The notes beneath the pieces are model-generated. The model was given only the letters and a program-made list of their open reading frames with translations. It did no database searches and was not told where the DNA came from. 64,000 bases of DNA, taken from sequence record MN508614.1. One strand, written 5' to 3'. Positions 37,420 through 48,780 of this stretch are shown here, piece by piece. Source of the stretch: Escherichia phage ES12. Every line of letters starts with the position of its first letter. Positions within the stretch are counted from its first letter, which is position 1. Both the position numbers and the translations under genes were made by a program.

Positions 37420-37911
37420 ATGTTTGTAGATGATGTAACACGAGCGTTTGAATCTGGTGATTTTGCTCGACCTAACTTATTCCAAGTAGAAATTTCTTAT
37501 CTTGGACAAAATTTTACGTTTCAATGTAAAGCCACTGCTTTACCAGCTGGTATTGTAGAAAAAATTCCAGTCGGTTTTATGAACCGTAAAATTAACGTAG
37601 CAGGCGATCGTACATTCGATGACTGGACTGTTACAGTAATGAACGATGAGGCACATGATGCTCGTCAGAAGTTTGTTGATTGGCAAAGCATTGCTGCTGG
37701 GCAAGGGAACGAAATTACTGGTGGAAAACCAGCAGAGTATAAAAAGAGCGCTGTTGTTCGCCAATATGCTCGTGACGCTAAAACTGTAACAAAAGAAGTT
37801 GAAATTAAAGGCCTGTGGCCTACTAACGTGGGTGAACTTCAATTAGATTGGGATTCAAACAATGAAATCCAAACCTTTGAAGTAACTCTCGCTCTCGATT
37901 ATTGGGAATAA
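37420..37911 (+). CDS. 19: gp19 tail tube protein
   Basis: 163 aa, T4 synteny and size. Confidence 0.97.
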   Translation: MFVDDVTRAFESGDFARPNLFQVEISYLGQNFTFQCKATALPAGIVEKIPVGFMNRKINVAGDRTFDDWTVTVMNDEAHDARQKFVDWQSIAAGQGNEITGGKPAEYKKSAVVRQYARDAKTVTKEVEIKGLWPTNVGELQLDWDSNNEIQTFEVTLALDYWE

Positions 37912-37943
37912 AATGAATGGGGAGAAATCCCCATCCTGCTTAA

Positions 37944-39568
<1,625 letters not shown>

Positions 39569-39569
<1 letters not shown>

Positions 39570-39814
39570 TGGAAGGTTTAATTGAAGCTATTAAATCAAA
39601 CGACCTCGTAGCCGCTCGTAAATTATTTGCTGAAGCCATGGCTGCAAGAACGATTGATTTAATTAAAGAAGAAAAAATCGCTATCGCTCGTAATTTCTTA
39701 ATCGAAGGTGAAGAACCTGAAGACGAGGATGAAGATGAAGATGATGACGAAGATAGCGATGATAAAGACGACAAAAAAGACAAAGACTCTGACGAAGACG
39801 AGGATGATGAATAA
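39569..39814 (+). CDS. 67: gp67 prohead core protein with acidic C-terminal tail
   Basis: 81 aa with [29 protein letters not shown] tail, T4 synteny. Confidence 0.9.
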
Positions 39815-40239
39815 TGCTTCTGATCCCTGAAACTCATGAATTAGTTCTCGAGAATGTCGAAGCACTTATTCCTGAAGCACAGGGTCGCTTTGACGAATTG
39901 TCTTCTGCTTTAAATAAAGACGATATAAATACAATTGTCGAGAATATGCTTGATGATGAAACTGATTTAGCGGTTGCATTAGCTTCTATTAATGAAAATA
40001 TGCCGTTAAATGAATTCATCGTTAAACATGTTTCCGCTCGTGGTGAAATTACTCGCACTAAAGACCGCAAAACGCGTGAACGTAATGCATTTCAAACCAC
40101 TGGGCTGTCTAAAGCAAAACGTAGACAAATTGCTCGTAAAGCTACCAAAACGAAGATTGCCAATCCAGCAGGTCAATCTCGTGCTCAGCGTAAGCGTAAA
40201 AAAGCTCTTAAACGCCGTAAAGCATTAGGATTAAGCTAA
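39814..40239 (+). CDS. 68: gp68 prohead core protein
   Basis: 141 aa, basic C-terminus, T4 synteny. Confidence 0.9.
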
Positions 40240-40877
40240 TGAATGAACCCCAATTACTAATTGAAACTTGGGGTCAACCTGGCGAAATTATTGATGGCGT
40301 ACCAATGCTTGAATCTCATGATGGAAAAGACTTAGGTTTAAAACCGGGTTTATACATCGAAGGAATATTCATGCAAGCGGAAGTCGTCAATAGAAATAAA
40401 CGTCTTTATCCAAAACGTATATTAGAAAAAGCGGTAAAAGACTATATTAATGAGCAAGTTTTAACTAAACAAGCTCTCGGAGAATTAAATCATCCTCCAC
40501 GCGCTAATGTTGACCCGATGCAAGCCGCTATCATTATAGAAGATATGTGGTGGAAAGGAAATGACGTATACGGACGAGCTCGTGTTATTGAAGGTGACCA
40601 TGGTCCTGGAGATAAATTAGCAGCTAATATTCGTGCCGGATGGATTCCAGGAGTTTCTTCTCGTGGATTAGGTTCATTGACTGACACAAATAAAGGTTAT
40701 CGTATCGTAAATGAAGGATTCAAATTAACTGTAGGTGTTGATGCAGTATGGGGTCCAAGTGCTCCAGATGCATGGGTAACTCCTAAGGAAATTACCGAAT
40801 CACAGACGGCGGAAGCCGATACAAGTGCCGATGACGCCTATATGGCTCTCGCAGAGGCCATGAAAAAAGCGTTATAA
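40239..40877 (+). CDS. 21: gp21 prohead protease
   Basis: 212 aa, T4 synteny and size. Confidence 0.95.
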   Translation: MNEPQLLIETWGQPGEIIDGVPMLESHDGKDLGLKPGLYIEGIFMQAEVVNRNKRLYPKRILEKAVKDYINEQVLTKQALGELNHPPRANVDPMQAAIIIEDMWWKGNDVYGRARVIEGDHGPGDKLAANIRAGWIPGVSSRGLGSLTDTNKGYRIVNEGFKLTVGVDAVWGPSAPDAWVTPKEITESQTAEADTSADDAYMALAEAMKKAL

Positions 40878-40907
40878 ATATTATTATCTAAACAACAGGA
40901 CTACAAA

Positions 40908-41717
40908 ATGCTTAAAGAACAACTGATTGCTGAAGCGCAAAAAATTGATGCTTCCGTTGCTCTTGATAGTATTTTCGAATCAGTTAATATTTCTCCGGAA
41001 GCAAAAGAAACTTTCGGCACTGTATTCGAAGCTACCGTCAAGCAGCATGCCGTTAAATTAGCTGAATCTCATATCGCTAAAATTGCTGAAAAAGCAGAAG
41101 AAGAAGTAGAAAAAAATAAAGAAGAAGCCGAAGAAAAAGCTGAGAAGAAAATCGCTGAGCAAGCTTCTAAATTCATCGACCATCTTGCGAAAGAATGGCT
41201 CGCCGAAAATAAATTAGCAGTTGATAAAGGCATCAAAGCCGAACTGTTTGAATCCATGCTTGGTGGATTAAAAGAGCTCTTTGTTGAACACAACGTTGTT
41301 GTTCCAGAAGAATCAGTTGATGTTGTAGCTGAAATGGAAGAAGAGCTGCAAGAACATAAAGAAGAATCAGCTCGTCTGTTCGAAGAACTCAATATGCGCG
41401 ACGCATATATCAATTATGTGCAGCGTGAAGTGGCATTGAGCGAAAGTACTAAAGATCTGACTGAGTCTCAAAAAGAAAAAGTCTCTGCTCTGGTCGAAGG
41501 TATGGATTATTCAGATGCATTCTCAAGTAAATTGAGTGCCATCGTAGAAATGGTGAAGAAGTCTAATAAAGATGAAAGCACTATTACTGAGAGTATAAAT
41601 ACTCCTGATACTGAAGCAGCCGGACTGAATTTCGTCACTGAAGCTGTAGAAGATAAAACTGCACCTGGTGCAGAAGATATTGTAAGTGTATATGCGAAAG
41701 TCGCATCTCGTTTCTAA
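40908..41717 (+). CDS. 22: gp22 prohead scaffolding core protein
   Basis: 269 aa, acidic coiled-coil, T4 synteny. Confidence 0.95.
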   Translation: MLKEQLIAEAQKIDASVALDSIFESVNISPEAKETFGTVFEATVKQHAVKLAESHIAKIAEKAEEEVEKNKEEAEEKAEKKIAEQASKFIDHLAKEWLAENKLAVDKGIKAELFESMLGGLKELFVEHNVVVPEESVDVVAEMEEELQEHKEESARLFEELNMRDAYINYVQREVALSESTKDLTESQKEKVSALVEGMDYSDAFSSKLSAIVEMVKKSNKDESTITESINTPDTEAAGLNFVTEAVEDKTAPGAEDIVSVYAKVASRF

Positions 41718-41735
41718 TTTTAAAGGTTAACACAA

Positions 41736-43301
41736 ATGACTATCAAAACTAAAGCTGAACTTTTGAACAAATGGAAGCCATTACTGGAAGGTGAAGGTTT
41801 ACCGGAAATTGCTAATAGCAAACAAGCGATTATCGCTAAAATCTTTGAAAACCAGGAAAAAGATTTCCAGACAGCTCCAGAGTACAAAGACGAAAAAATC
41901 GCCCAGGCATTTGGTTCTTTCTTAACAGAAGCTGAAATCGGTGGTGACCACGGTTACAACGCTACTAACATCGCTGCTGGTCAGACTTCTGGCGCAGTAA
42001 CTCAGATTGGCCCAGCTGTTATGGGTATGGTACGTCGTGCTATTCCTAACCTGATTGCTTTCGATATTTGTGGTGTTCAGCCGATGAACAGCCCGACTGG
42101 CCAGGTATTCGCACTGCGCGCAGTATATGGTAAAGACCCAATCGCTTCCGGTGCTAAAGAAGCATTCCACCCAATGTATGGTCCAGATGCAATGTTCTCT
42201 GGTCAGGGTGCTGCTAAGAAATTCCCAGCTCTGGCTGCTAATACTACTACAGTTGTAGGTGACATCTATTCTCACTTCTTCCAGGAAACTGGCACTGTAT
42301 ATCTGCAAGCTTCTGCTGTCGTAACACTTGATTCTAGTGCGACTGATGCTGCTAAATTAGATGCCGAAGTTAAGAAACAAATGGAAGCTGGTGCACTTGT
42401 AGAAATCGCTGAAGGCATGGCAACTTCTATCGCTGAACTTCAGGAAGGTTTCAATGGTTCTACCGATAACCCATGGAATGAAATGGGCTTCCGTATCGAT
42501 AAACAAGTTATCGAAGCTAAATCTCGTCAGCTGAAAGCTGCTTACTCTATCGAATTAGCACAAGACCTCCGCGCTGTTCACGGTATGGATGCTGATGCTG
42601 AACTGTCTGGTATTCTGGCTACAGAAATTATGCTGGAAATCAACCGTGAAGTTGTTGATTGGATTAACTACTCAGCTCAGGTTGGTAAATCTGGTATGAC
42701 CCTGACTCCGGGTTCTAAAGCTGGTGTATTTGACTTCCAGGACCCAATCGATATTCGTGGTGCTCGCTGGGCAGGTGAATCCTTTAAAGCTCTGTTGTTC
42801 CAGATTGACAAAGAAGCAGTTGAAATTGCTCGTCAGACTGGTCGTGGTGAAGGTAATTTCATTATCGCTTCCCGTAACGTAGTTAACGTTCTGGCTTCAG
42901 TTGATACCGGCATTTCTTATGCTGCACAGGGTCTGGCTACTGGCTTTAACACCGATACTACCAAGTCAGTATTTGCTGGTGTTCTGGGTGGTAAATACCG
43001 TGTATATATCGACCAGTATGCTAAACAGGATTATTTCACTGTAGGTTATAAAGGTCCGAACGAAATGGATGCTGGTATTTACTACGCTCCATATGTAGCT
43101 CTGACTCCACTGCGTGGTTCTGATCCGAAGAACTTCCAACCAGTAATGGGATTCAAAACTCGTTACGGTATCGGTATCAACCCATTTGCAGAATCCGCTG
43201 CTCAGGCTCCGGCTTCTCGCATTCAGAGTGGTATGCCTTCTATCCTGAACAGCCTTGGTAAGAACGCTTACTTCCGCCGTGTATATGTTAAAGGTATCTA
43301 A
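41736..43301 (+). CDS. 23: gp23 major capsid protein
   Basis: 521 aa, N-terminus MTIKTKAELLNKWKPLLEGEGLPEIANSK. Confidence 0.98.
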   Translation: MTIKTKAELLNKWKPLLEGEGLPEIANSKQAIIAKIFENQEKDFQTAPEYKDEKIAQAFGSFLTEAEIGGDHGYNATNIAAGQTSGAVTQIGPAVMGMVRRAIPNLIAFDICGVQPMNSPTGQVFALRAVYGKDPIASGAKEAFHPMYGPDAMFSGQGAAKKFPALAANTTTVVGDIYSHFFQETGTVYLQASAVVTLDSSATDAAKLDAEVKKQMEAGALVEIAEGMATSIAELQEGFNGSTDNPWNEMGFRIDKQVIEAKSRQLKAAYSIELAQDLRAVHGMDADAELSGILATEIMLEINREVVDWINYSAQVGKSGMTLTPGSKAGVFDFQDPIDIRGARWAGESFKALLFQIDKEAVEIARQTGRGEGNFIIASRNVVNVLASVDTGISYAAQGLATGFNTDTTKSVFAGVLGGKYRVYIDQYAKQDYFTVGYKGPNEMDAGIYYAPYVALTPLRGSDPKNFQPVMGFKTRYGIGINPFAESAAQAPASRIQSGMPSILNSLGKNAYFRRVYVKGI

Positions 43302-43314
43302 TCTTTGACGATTT

Positions 43315-43337
43315 AAGGGACCTTCGGGTCCCTTTAG
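43315..43337 (+). terminator. Rho-independent terminator after gene 23
   Basis: agggacc-uucg-ggucccu hairpin followed by T-rich run. Confidence 0.7.
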
Positions 43338-43349
43338 TTGTTTTTATGG

Positions 43350-43357
43350 TATAAATA
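43350..43357 (+). promoter_or_regulatory. T4 late promoter TATAAATA upstream of gene 24
   Basis: Exact TATAAATA 28 nt upstream of the ATG at 43385. Confidence 0.55.
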
Positions 43358-43384
43358 AATCATATAAACCAAAAGGAAAGCGCA

Positions 43385-44668
43385 ATGGCTAAAATCAACG
43401 AACTTCTGCGCGAATCAACCACAACGAATAGCAACTCAATCGGTCGCCCAAATCTCGTTGCTTTGACTCGCGCTACCACTAAATTAATATATTCTGACAT
43501 TGTAGCAACGCAAAGAACTAATCAACCTGTTGCTGCTTTTTATGGTATCAAATACCTTAACCCAGATAACGAATTTACATTTAAAACTGGTGCTACTTAC
43601 GCTGGCGAAGCTGGATACGTAGACCGAGAACAAATCACAGAATTAACAGAAGAGTCTAAATTAACTCTCAATAAAGGCGATTTATTCAAATATAATAATA
43701 TCGTTTATAAAGTATTAGAAGATACACCATTTGCTGATATTGAAGAAAGCGATTTAGAATTGGCTCTTCAGATTGCAATTGTTCTTTTAAAGGTTCGTCT
43801 ATTTTCTGACGCAGCGTCAACAAGCAAATTTGAAAGCTCTGATAGTGAAATTGCGGATGCTAGATTCCAGATTAATAAATGGCAAACCGCAGTTAAATCT
43901 CGCAAACTTAAAACTGGTATCACAGTTGAATTAGCACAAGATTTAGAAGCAAATGGATTCGATGCTCCTAATTTCTTGGAAGATTTGCTTGCAACTGAAA
44001 TGGCAGATGAAATCAATAAAGATATTCTGCAGTCTTTGATTACAGTGTCAAAACGCTATAAAGTTACAGGAATTACTGATACTGGATTCATCGATTTGAG
44101 TTATGCATCTGCTCCTGAAGCTGGTCGTTCATTATACCGAATGGTATGTGAAATGGTTTCGCATATCCAAAAAGAATCAACTTATACAGCAACGTTCTGT
44201 GTTGCTTCTGCTCGTGCCGCTGCGATTCTTGCTGCATCAGGTTGGTTAAAACATAAACCAGAAGATGACAAATATCTTTCACAAAATGCCTACGGGTTCT
44301 TAGCTAATGGTTTACCGCTTTATTGCGATACTAACAGCCCATTAGATTATGTAATCGTTGGCGTAGTAGAAAATATCGGTGAAAAAGAAATTGTTGGATC
44401 AATTTTCTATGCTCCGTATACAGAAGGTCTTGACTTAGATGACCCTGAACATGTAGGTGCATTTAAAGTTGTTGTTGATCCAGAAAGCTTACAACCGTCT
44501 ATCGGTTTATTAGTTAGATATGCTTTATCAGCAAATCCTTATACCGTAGCAAAAGATGAAAAAGAAGCAAGAATAATTGACGGTGGAGACATGGATAAAA
44601 TGGCGGGTCGTTCAGATTTGTCTGTTTTATTAGGTGTTAAATTACCAAAAATTATTATTGATGAATAA
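43385..44668 (+). CDS. 24: gp24 capsid vertex protein
   Basis: 427 aa, gp23 paralog, T4 synteny; no gene lies between 23 and 24. Confidence 0.97.
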   Translation: MAKINELLRESTTTNSNSIGRPNLVALTRATTKLIYSDIVATQRTNQPVAAFYGIKYLNPDNEFTFKTGATYAGEAGYVDREQITELTEESKLTLNKGDLFKYNNIVYKVLEDTPFADIEESDLELALQIAIVLLKVRLFSDAASTSKFESSDSEIADARFQINKWQTAVKSRKLKTGITVELAQDLEANGFDAPNFLEDLLATEMADEINKDILQSLITVSKRYKVTGITDTGFIDLSYASAPEAGRSLYRMVCEMVSHIQKESTYTATFCVASARAAAILAASGWLKHKPEDDKYLSQNAYGFLANGLPLYCDTNSPLDYVIVGVVENIGEKEIVGSIFYAPYTEGLDLDDPEHVGAFKVVVDPESLQPSIGLLVRYALSANPYTVAKDEKEARIIDGGDMDKMAGRSDLSVLLGVKLPKIIIDE

Positions 44669-44673
44669 AACAA

Positions 44674-44697
44674 AGGGACCGAAAGGTCCCTTTTTAT
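44674..44697. terminator. Bidirectional rho-independent terminator between convergent genes 24 and rnlB
   Basis: agggaccgaaaggtccct hairpin flanked by T-runs on both strands. Confidence 0.65.
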
Positions 44698-45705
44698 TTA
44701 GCTCACCAACTCAATCCAAGCTGGACGAAGTACATCTTGTACCATTTTAACTAATTCCTTTTTAATCAAAGAAGGATTATCTGCTTGAGTTAGAGTAATA
44801 CCTTCACGAGAAGTTTCTTCCAAAATATCTTGAACAGTTAGCCCCATCACCTTTCCAAAATCCTTTGGACCAATTTCGCCAATTTTAGAAATAACGTTAT
44901 TTACGCGGTTTAGTGTAACGTAACAAGCTAAAATTCCAACCAATTTGTTATCAGCTTCTGATAGCTCAACTTTAGCTTTAATAGGCTTATCAGACTTTTT
45001 CTTTTCACTAAATTTAGAGTTCTTGCATTTAATCGCTACACGAGCACCGTTTGGCAGCCATTTAGGGAAACAAGGCTTCAGAACATAACCTTCTGCAGTA
45101 TTATCACCAATAACATTAGCATCAAATACACAATTATTTGCTTCGACAAGGTCTTCCGATGCCGTAACGTTATAAGCGGCTAAGACGGAATCAAGGTCGT
45201 TTGGAATCATGATAAGAGCATCAAATGTTCCACGTCCAAGCATTGGTGCCATTTTAAAACCAAACGTATTACAGAAATCTTGCATTTCGTAATCACTCAT
45301 GTAATAAGTATCACCGCTTTCCGTGTTTATGATGATATCGAATACATAGAAATCTTTTTCACCGTAGTCAACACCTTTCTGAATTCCACCACCAGCGAAT
45401 TCACCAAAGACTTGATATGTCACCGGCACTGAAGTTGAAATACTGTCCATGACTTCTTGAACGCCTTTAATAGCTTTATCATACTTTTTGAGTACTATTT
45501 CATAGCCATAAAAATCTTCTACTGGAAGAATAGGGCCAGTACGTTTAGCGCAAGTTACTTTATCACGCTCAATAATCAATGAGAAATTTGTACCATGAAT
45601 CTTTTCACGAGCTACCCACTCCCCACCAGTCAATCCCAAGCTATAAAGTTTTTCAATAAATTTAGAGTTATAATGATTTTCAAGACTGCTATACTTTTTA
45701 AACAT
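44698..45705 (-). CDS. rnlB: RNA ligase 2
   Basis: 335 aa, nucleotidyltransferase lysine motif KIHGTN near N-terminus, T4 synteny. Confidence 0.92.
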   Translation of the reverse strand: MFKKYSSLENHYNSKFIEKLYSLGLTGGEWVAREKIHGTNFSLIIERDKVTCAKRTGPILPVEDFYGYEIVLKKYDKAIKGVQEVMDSISTSVPVTYQVFGEFAGGGIQKGVDYGEKDFYVFDIIINTESGDTYYMSDYEMQDFCNTFGFKMAPMLGRGTFDALIMIPNDLDSVLAAYNVTASEDLVEANNCVFDANVIGDNTAEGYVLKPCFPKWLPNGARVAIKCKNSKFSEKKKSDKPIKAKVELSEADNKLVGILACYVTLNRVNNVISKIGEIGPKDFGKVMGLTVQDILEETSREGITLTQADNPSLIKKELVKMVQDVLRPAWIELVS

Positions 45706-45714
45706 AATTAATCC

Positions 45715-45993
45715 TCAAAATGTAATTTCTAACCAATCACCATCACGCTGATCACTATTAACTTTAAAGCTGAATCCTTCTTTTCTCAGCCAATCACCAA
45801 TTTCTTCAGTAATCAATTTATCGCGAGCAGTACAATAATAACTAAAATATGTTTTACCTTGTTCAGCTGCTTTATTAGCAAGTTCTGAAAAATCTTTAAT
45901 AAAACACTCTAACTTAAACTGTTTACTTTTTAATGCTTTTTCGCGTAATTGATTAGCAAAAGATTCATTTTCATAAAGATCATACTGTTCCAT
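45715..45993 (-). CDS. Hypothetical protein (24.3 position)
   Basis: 92-aa ORF between rnlB and hoc. Confidence 0.6.
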   Translation of the reverse strand: MEQYDLYENESFANQLREKALKSKQFKLECFIKDFSELANKAAEQGKTYFSYYCTARDKLITEEIGDWLRKEGFSFKVNSDQRDGDWLEITF

Positions 45994-46195
45994 TTTTCAC
46001 CTTTTTATTGATATGTCTTTTTCTATAGACAACTTTTTCTCGAGTTTCAAATTTATTCTTAGCAGTCATAGCTCGAGCCCATAATACAGCAACTTCTTTT
46101 GCCTGTAAGTTTAATTCACGAGCAATTTCAATGAATGACTTTCCAGACTCATGAAGAGTAAACACCACAACCTCAGTTCTCATAATCAATCTCAT
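45980..46195 (-). CDS. Small basic protein with helix-turn-helix-like segment (24.2 position)
   Basis: 71-aa ORF, ATG verified at 46195; segment SGKSFIEIARELNLQAKEV. Confidence 0.55.
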   Translation of the reverse strand: MRLIMRTEVVVFTLHESGKSFIEIARELNLQAKEVAVLWARAMTAKNKFETREKVVYRKRHINKKVKNGTV

Positions 46196-46263
46196 GTTAT
46201 CGAGTTGTTGCCATTATATACATCATTTTCTGATTGTGTTTTGTGTGCTTTCAAAATGAAGAA

Positions 46264-46279
46264 AGGGGCCGAAGCCCCT
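46264..46279 (-). terminator. GC hairpin with UUCG loop downstream of hoc (minus strand)
   Basis: aggggccgaagcccct, identical to the hairpin at 4963..4978. Confidence 0.5.
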
Positions 46280-46284
46280 TATGA

Positions 46285-47421
46285 TTATGGATAGGTATAG
46301 ATGATACCAGTTTCTAAAGCAGTTTTATGAATGATGTATCCATTACGTGATTCTTGGACATCAACTTCTGGATAGTCTTTCATCATCTTCTGAAGAGTGT
46401 AACGATGCAGGTAGTATTTACTATCTGGGTCTTCAGTTTTCCAATCTTTACCTTCTTCAGTCATTTTTTGAATTTCATCCATAACCCACCAACCGCACCA
46501 GATGTAAGCTGAGCTACGGTGTGGAAGAGGATGAACATAAGGTAATTCACCTTCTGGTTCTGGAGCAACTTTATCAGTTACCTGAACTTGACCTTCTGCC
46601 GTAATAGTTTTGCTATCATAATCAGCAGCAGTAACAGTTGCAGTAACTTCAATAGTTTGACTTCCAATAGATGAGGTATCAACGGTGTATACATTAGTTG
46701 ACCCTTCTACAGGAGAAGAATCTTTCTTCCATGAATACTCAATTTGCGCTTCTTCTGGAGCATCAGTGACATTAGCGGTAAATGTAGCCGAAGCATCTTG
46801 CTGCACGTTAATAGAAGGAGGAGTCAATGTAACCTGTGGATTCATTGTCTTCTTATTAACCGTTAATGATACTTCATTGGAAGTAACTTCCTTTTCATTG
46901 TAATTTTCTGCAGTTACTTGCGCTACACATTTAATTCTTTTTACTCCACTTGTAGTTGGAGTATAGTTAAATGTAGAGTTAGTTTCTCCACCAATTTGAG
47001 AATCATCTACATACCACTTATATGTAGCAGACGCTCCATCAGGTTGAGAAGCTAAGGCAGCGGTAAATTGAACTGGAGTTCCAATTACTCCAGCTGAAGG
47101 ACTATTAGGAGTTACTGTTATTGTAGTAGTCTGTGTCTTATTTTGAACTGTGATAGTTGTCGTAGCTTCTGCTGTTTCAGGTTCAGATTCAGATTCTGGA
47201 ACTGTATTTGTTGCAACGACTTTAATAGTCTTTTGACCGGCAGGTCCTTTTAGTACATAACTAAAAGTTGCTTCAGCTCCATCCTGTGGAACATTATCTA
47301 CACTCCAAGCATAGGTAATAGTTCCACCTTCAGTTTGACCACTGGGTGCAGCAGTAAACTGCTTGGTTTCATCAATAACTCCTGTTGGGGTTTTAGGAGT
47401 TATATCAACTGTAAAAGTCAT
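46285..47421 (-). CDS. hoc: Hoc, highly immunogenic outer capsid protein (Ig-like domains)
   Basis: 378 aa, repeated Ig-like T/V-rich modules, T4 synteny. Confidence 0.92.
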   Translation of the reverse strand: MTFTVDITPKTPTGVIDETKQFTAAPSGQTEGGTITYAWSVDNVPQDGAEATFSYVLKGPAGQKTIKVVATNTVPESESEPETAEATTTITVQNKTQTTTITVTPNSPSAGVIGTPVQFTAALASQPDGASATYKWYVDDSQIGGETNSTFNYTPTTSGVKRIKCVAQVTAENYNEKEVTSNEVSLTVNKKTMNPQVTLTPPSINVQQDASATFTANVTDAPEEAQIEYSWKKDSSPVEGSTNVYTVDTSSIGSQTIEVTATVTAADYDSKTITAEGQVQVTDKVAPEPEGELPYVHPLPHRSSAYIWCGWWVMDEIQKMTEEGKDWKTEDPDSKYYLHRYTLQKMMKDYPEVDVQESRNGYIIHKTALETGIIYTYP

Positions 47422-47430
47422 AAGTTATCC

Positions 47431-48111
47431 TTATTTTAATGTTACGAAAGAAGAATTACGTGTTTCACGAATTAGAACTGATCCGTCACGATTAATGTAG
47501 TAAATTAAGCTAAATAAAGTTTGGTGTGCCGACGCATGTTCAAAACTAGTTGGGTGAGATTTCCAATCTGGGGTTTCAGCAATCCATTGATAAATCCACC
47601 AAGGAACAGTGCAGAATCCTGGATTTTTTCCAATCAGCTGAAGATTCGGGCTAAAGTTTTCCGGAAGAGTAAATACAGACGGCTTTTCAGATTCAATAAT
47701 CTTATCTACAGCTTGTTCAAACTTTTCTTCAACAAAAGGAGTGTCTTCAATCAAAACATCAGTATTTTCAGGAATTTTATCCGTTTCTACCACTTCAATT
47801 TTAATATCAGATTTAACTGGAGAATCAATCAGAAGTGCTGCTTCTGGATTAACTTCTTCATCGTCATATTTTAATCCCTCTGCAGCATCAGCAGCATCAA
47901 TTAAGTCTTTAATAGATAACCCATCAGTCTCTGGCATAGGTTCACTAGCGAGCTTCTGGAGGGCTTCTTCAATATCAACAACGATATTATCAAAAGATTT
48001 GTTCTTTTTGACCTTTATACCAAACTGCTCAGCATATTCAGCTAATTTAGCTTTAGCTTCTTTATTATCATCAAGAGCCTTTAACTCTGCAATATAATCT
48101 TTATCTATCAT
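47431..48111 (-). CDS. inh: Inh, inhibitor of prohead protease
   Basis: 226 aa, T4 synteny and size. Confidence 0.85.
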   Translation of the reverse strand: MIDKDYIAELKALDDNKEAKAKLAEYAEQFGIKVKKNKSFDNIVVDIEEALQKLASEPMPETDGLSIKDLIDAADAAEGLKYDDEEVNPEAALLIDSPVKSDIKIEVVETDKIPENTDVLIEDTPFVEEKFEQAVDKIIESEKPSVFTLPENFSPNLQLIGKNPGFCTVPWWIYQWIAETPDWKSHPTSFEHASAHQTLFSLIYYINRDGSVLIRETRNSSFVTLK

Positions 48112-48124
48112 AATATTTCCTCAG

Positions 48125-48132
48125 TATAAATA
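48125..48132 (+). promoter_or_regulatory. T4 late promoter TATAAATA upstream of segE
   Basis: Exact TATAAATA 29 nt upstream of the ATG at 48161. Confidence 0.5.
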
Positions 48133-48160
48133 TAGATATATTTATTACTCGGAAAATAGT

Positions 48161-48778
48161 ATGTACCACTTTGTATATGAAACAACAAATCTAATAAATG
48201 GTAAAAAGTATATAGGAAAACACTCTACTGATGACTTGAATGATGGTTACCTTGGTTCCGGTAAGGCAATTCAGCAGGCTATAAAGAAATATGGTGAAAA
48301 CAATTTCTCTAGAACAATACTAAAAGAGTTTAAAACTTCCGAAGAAGCGTACATGTATGAAGAAGAAATTATAACTCCTGAAATAATAAAAAGCAAAAAT
48401 TATTATAATATGAAACCCGGTGGAATTGGTGGAATTGTTATGACTACAGAGGTTATAGCAAAGATGAAAGAATCTTCCGCTAAGAGATTTGAAAACTCAC
48501 CGGGCACGGTATTAGGTACAACTTGTTACACTAATGGAACTAAAAATATTTTTATTAAACCTGGAGAACTTGTTCCAGAAGGATTTGTAAAAGGGATGGT
48601 TCATCCTAATAGAAAGTCCAGAAAAGGATGTAAAGTCAAACCGACTACCACAGGAACTTTTTGGGTCAATAATGGTGCAATAAATAAATTAATACAGCCA
48701 GACGGTATTATTCCCGACGGATTTATTAAAGGTCGTCTCATGAAAAGAGATTCTAAAGGCAAATTTAGTAAGGCATAA
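48161..48778 (+). CDS. segE: GIY-YIG homing endonuclease
   Basis: 205 aa, N-terminal GIY-YIG-like VYETTNLINGKKYIGKH; between inh and uvsW. Confidence 0.88.
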   Translation: MYHFVYETTNLINGKKYIGKHSTDDLNDGYLGSGKAIQQAIKKYGENNFSRTILKEFKTSEEAYMYEEEIITPEIIKSKNYYNMKPGGIGGIVMTTEVIAKMKESSAKRFENSPGTVLGTTCYTNGTKNIFIKPGELVPEGFVKGMVHPNRKSRKGCKVKPTTTGTFWVNNGAINKLIQPDGIIPDGFIKGRLMKRDSKGKFSKA

Positions 48779-48780
48779 TT

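Noticed and set aside
41069-41413. Minus-strand 114-aa Ser-rich ORF inside gene 22
   Set aside because: Antisense to the Glu/Lys-rich scaffold gene; no RBS and wrong strand for the late operon.
47521-48097. Plus-strand ORFs 47521..47874 and 47741..48097
   Set aside because: Antisense to inh; low-complexity translations and no start context.
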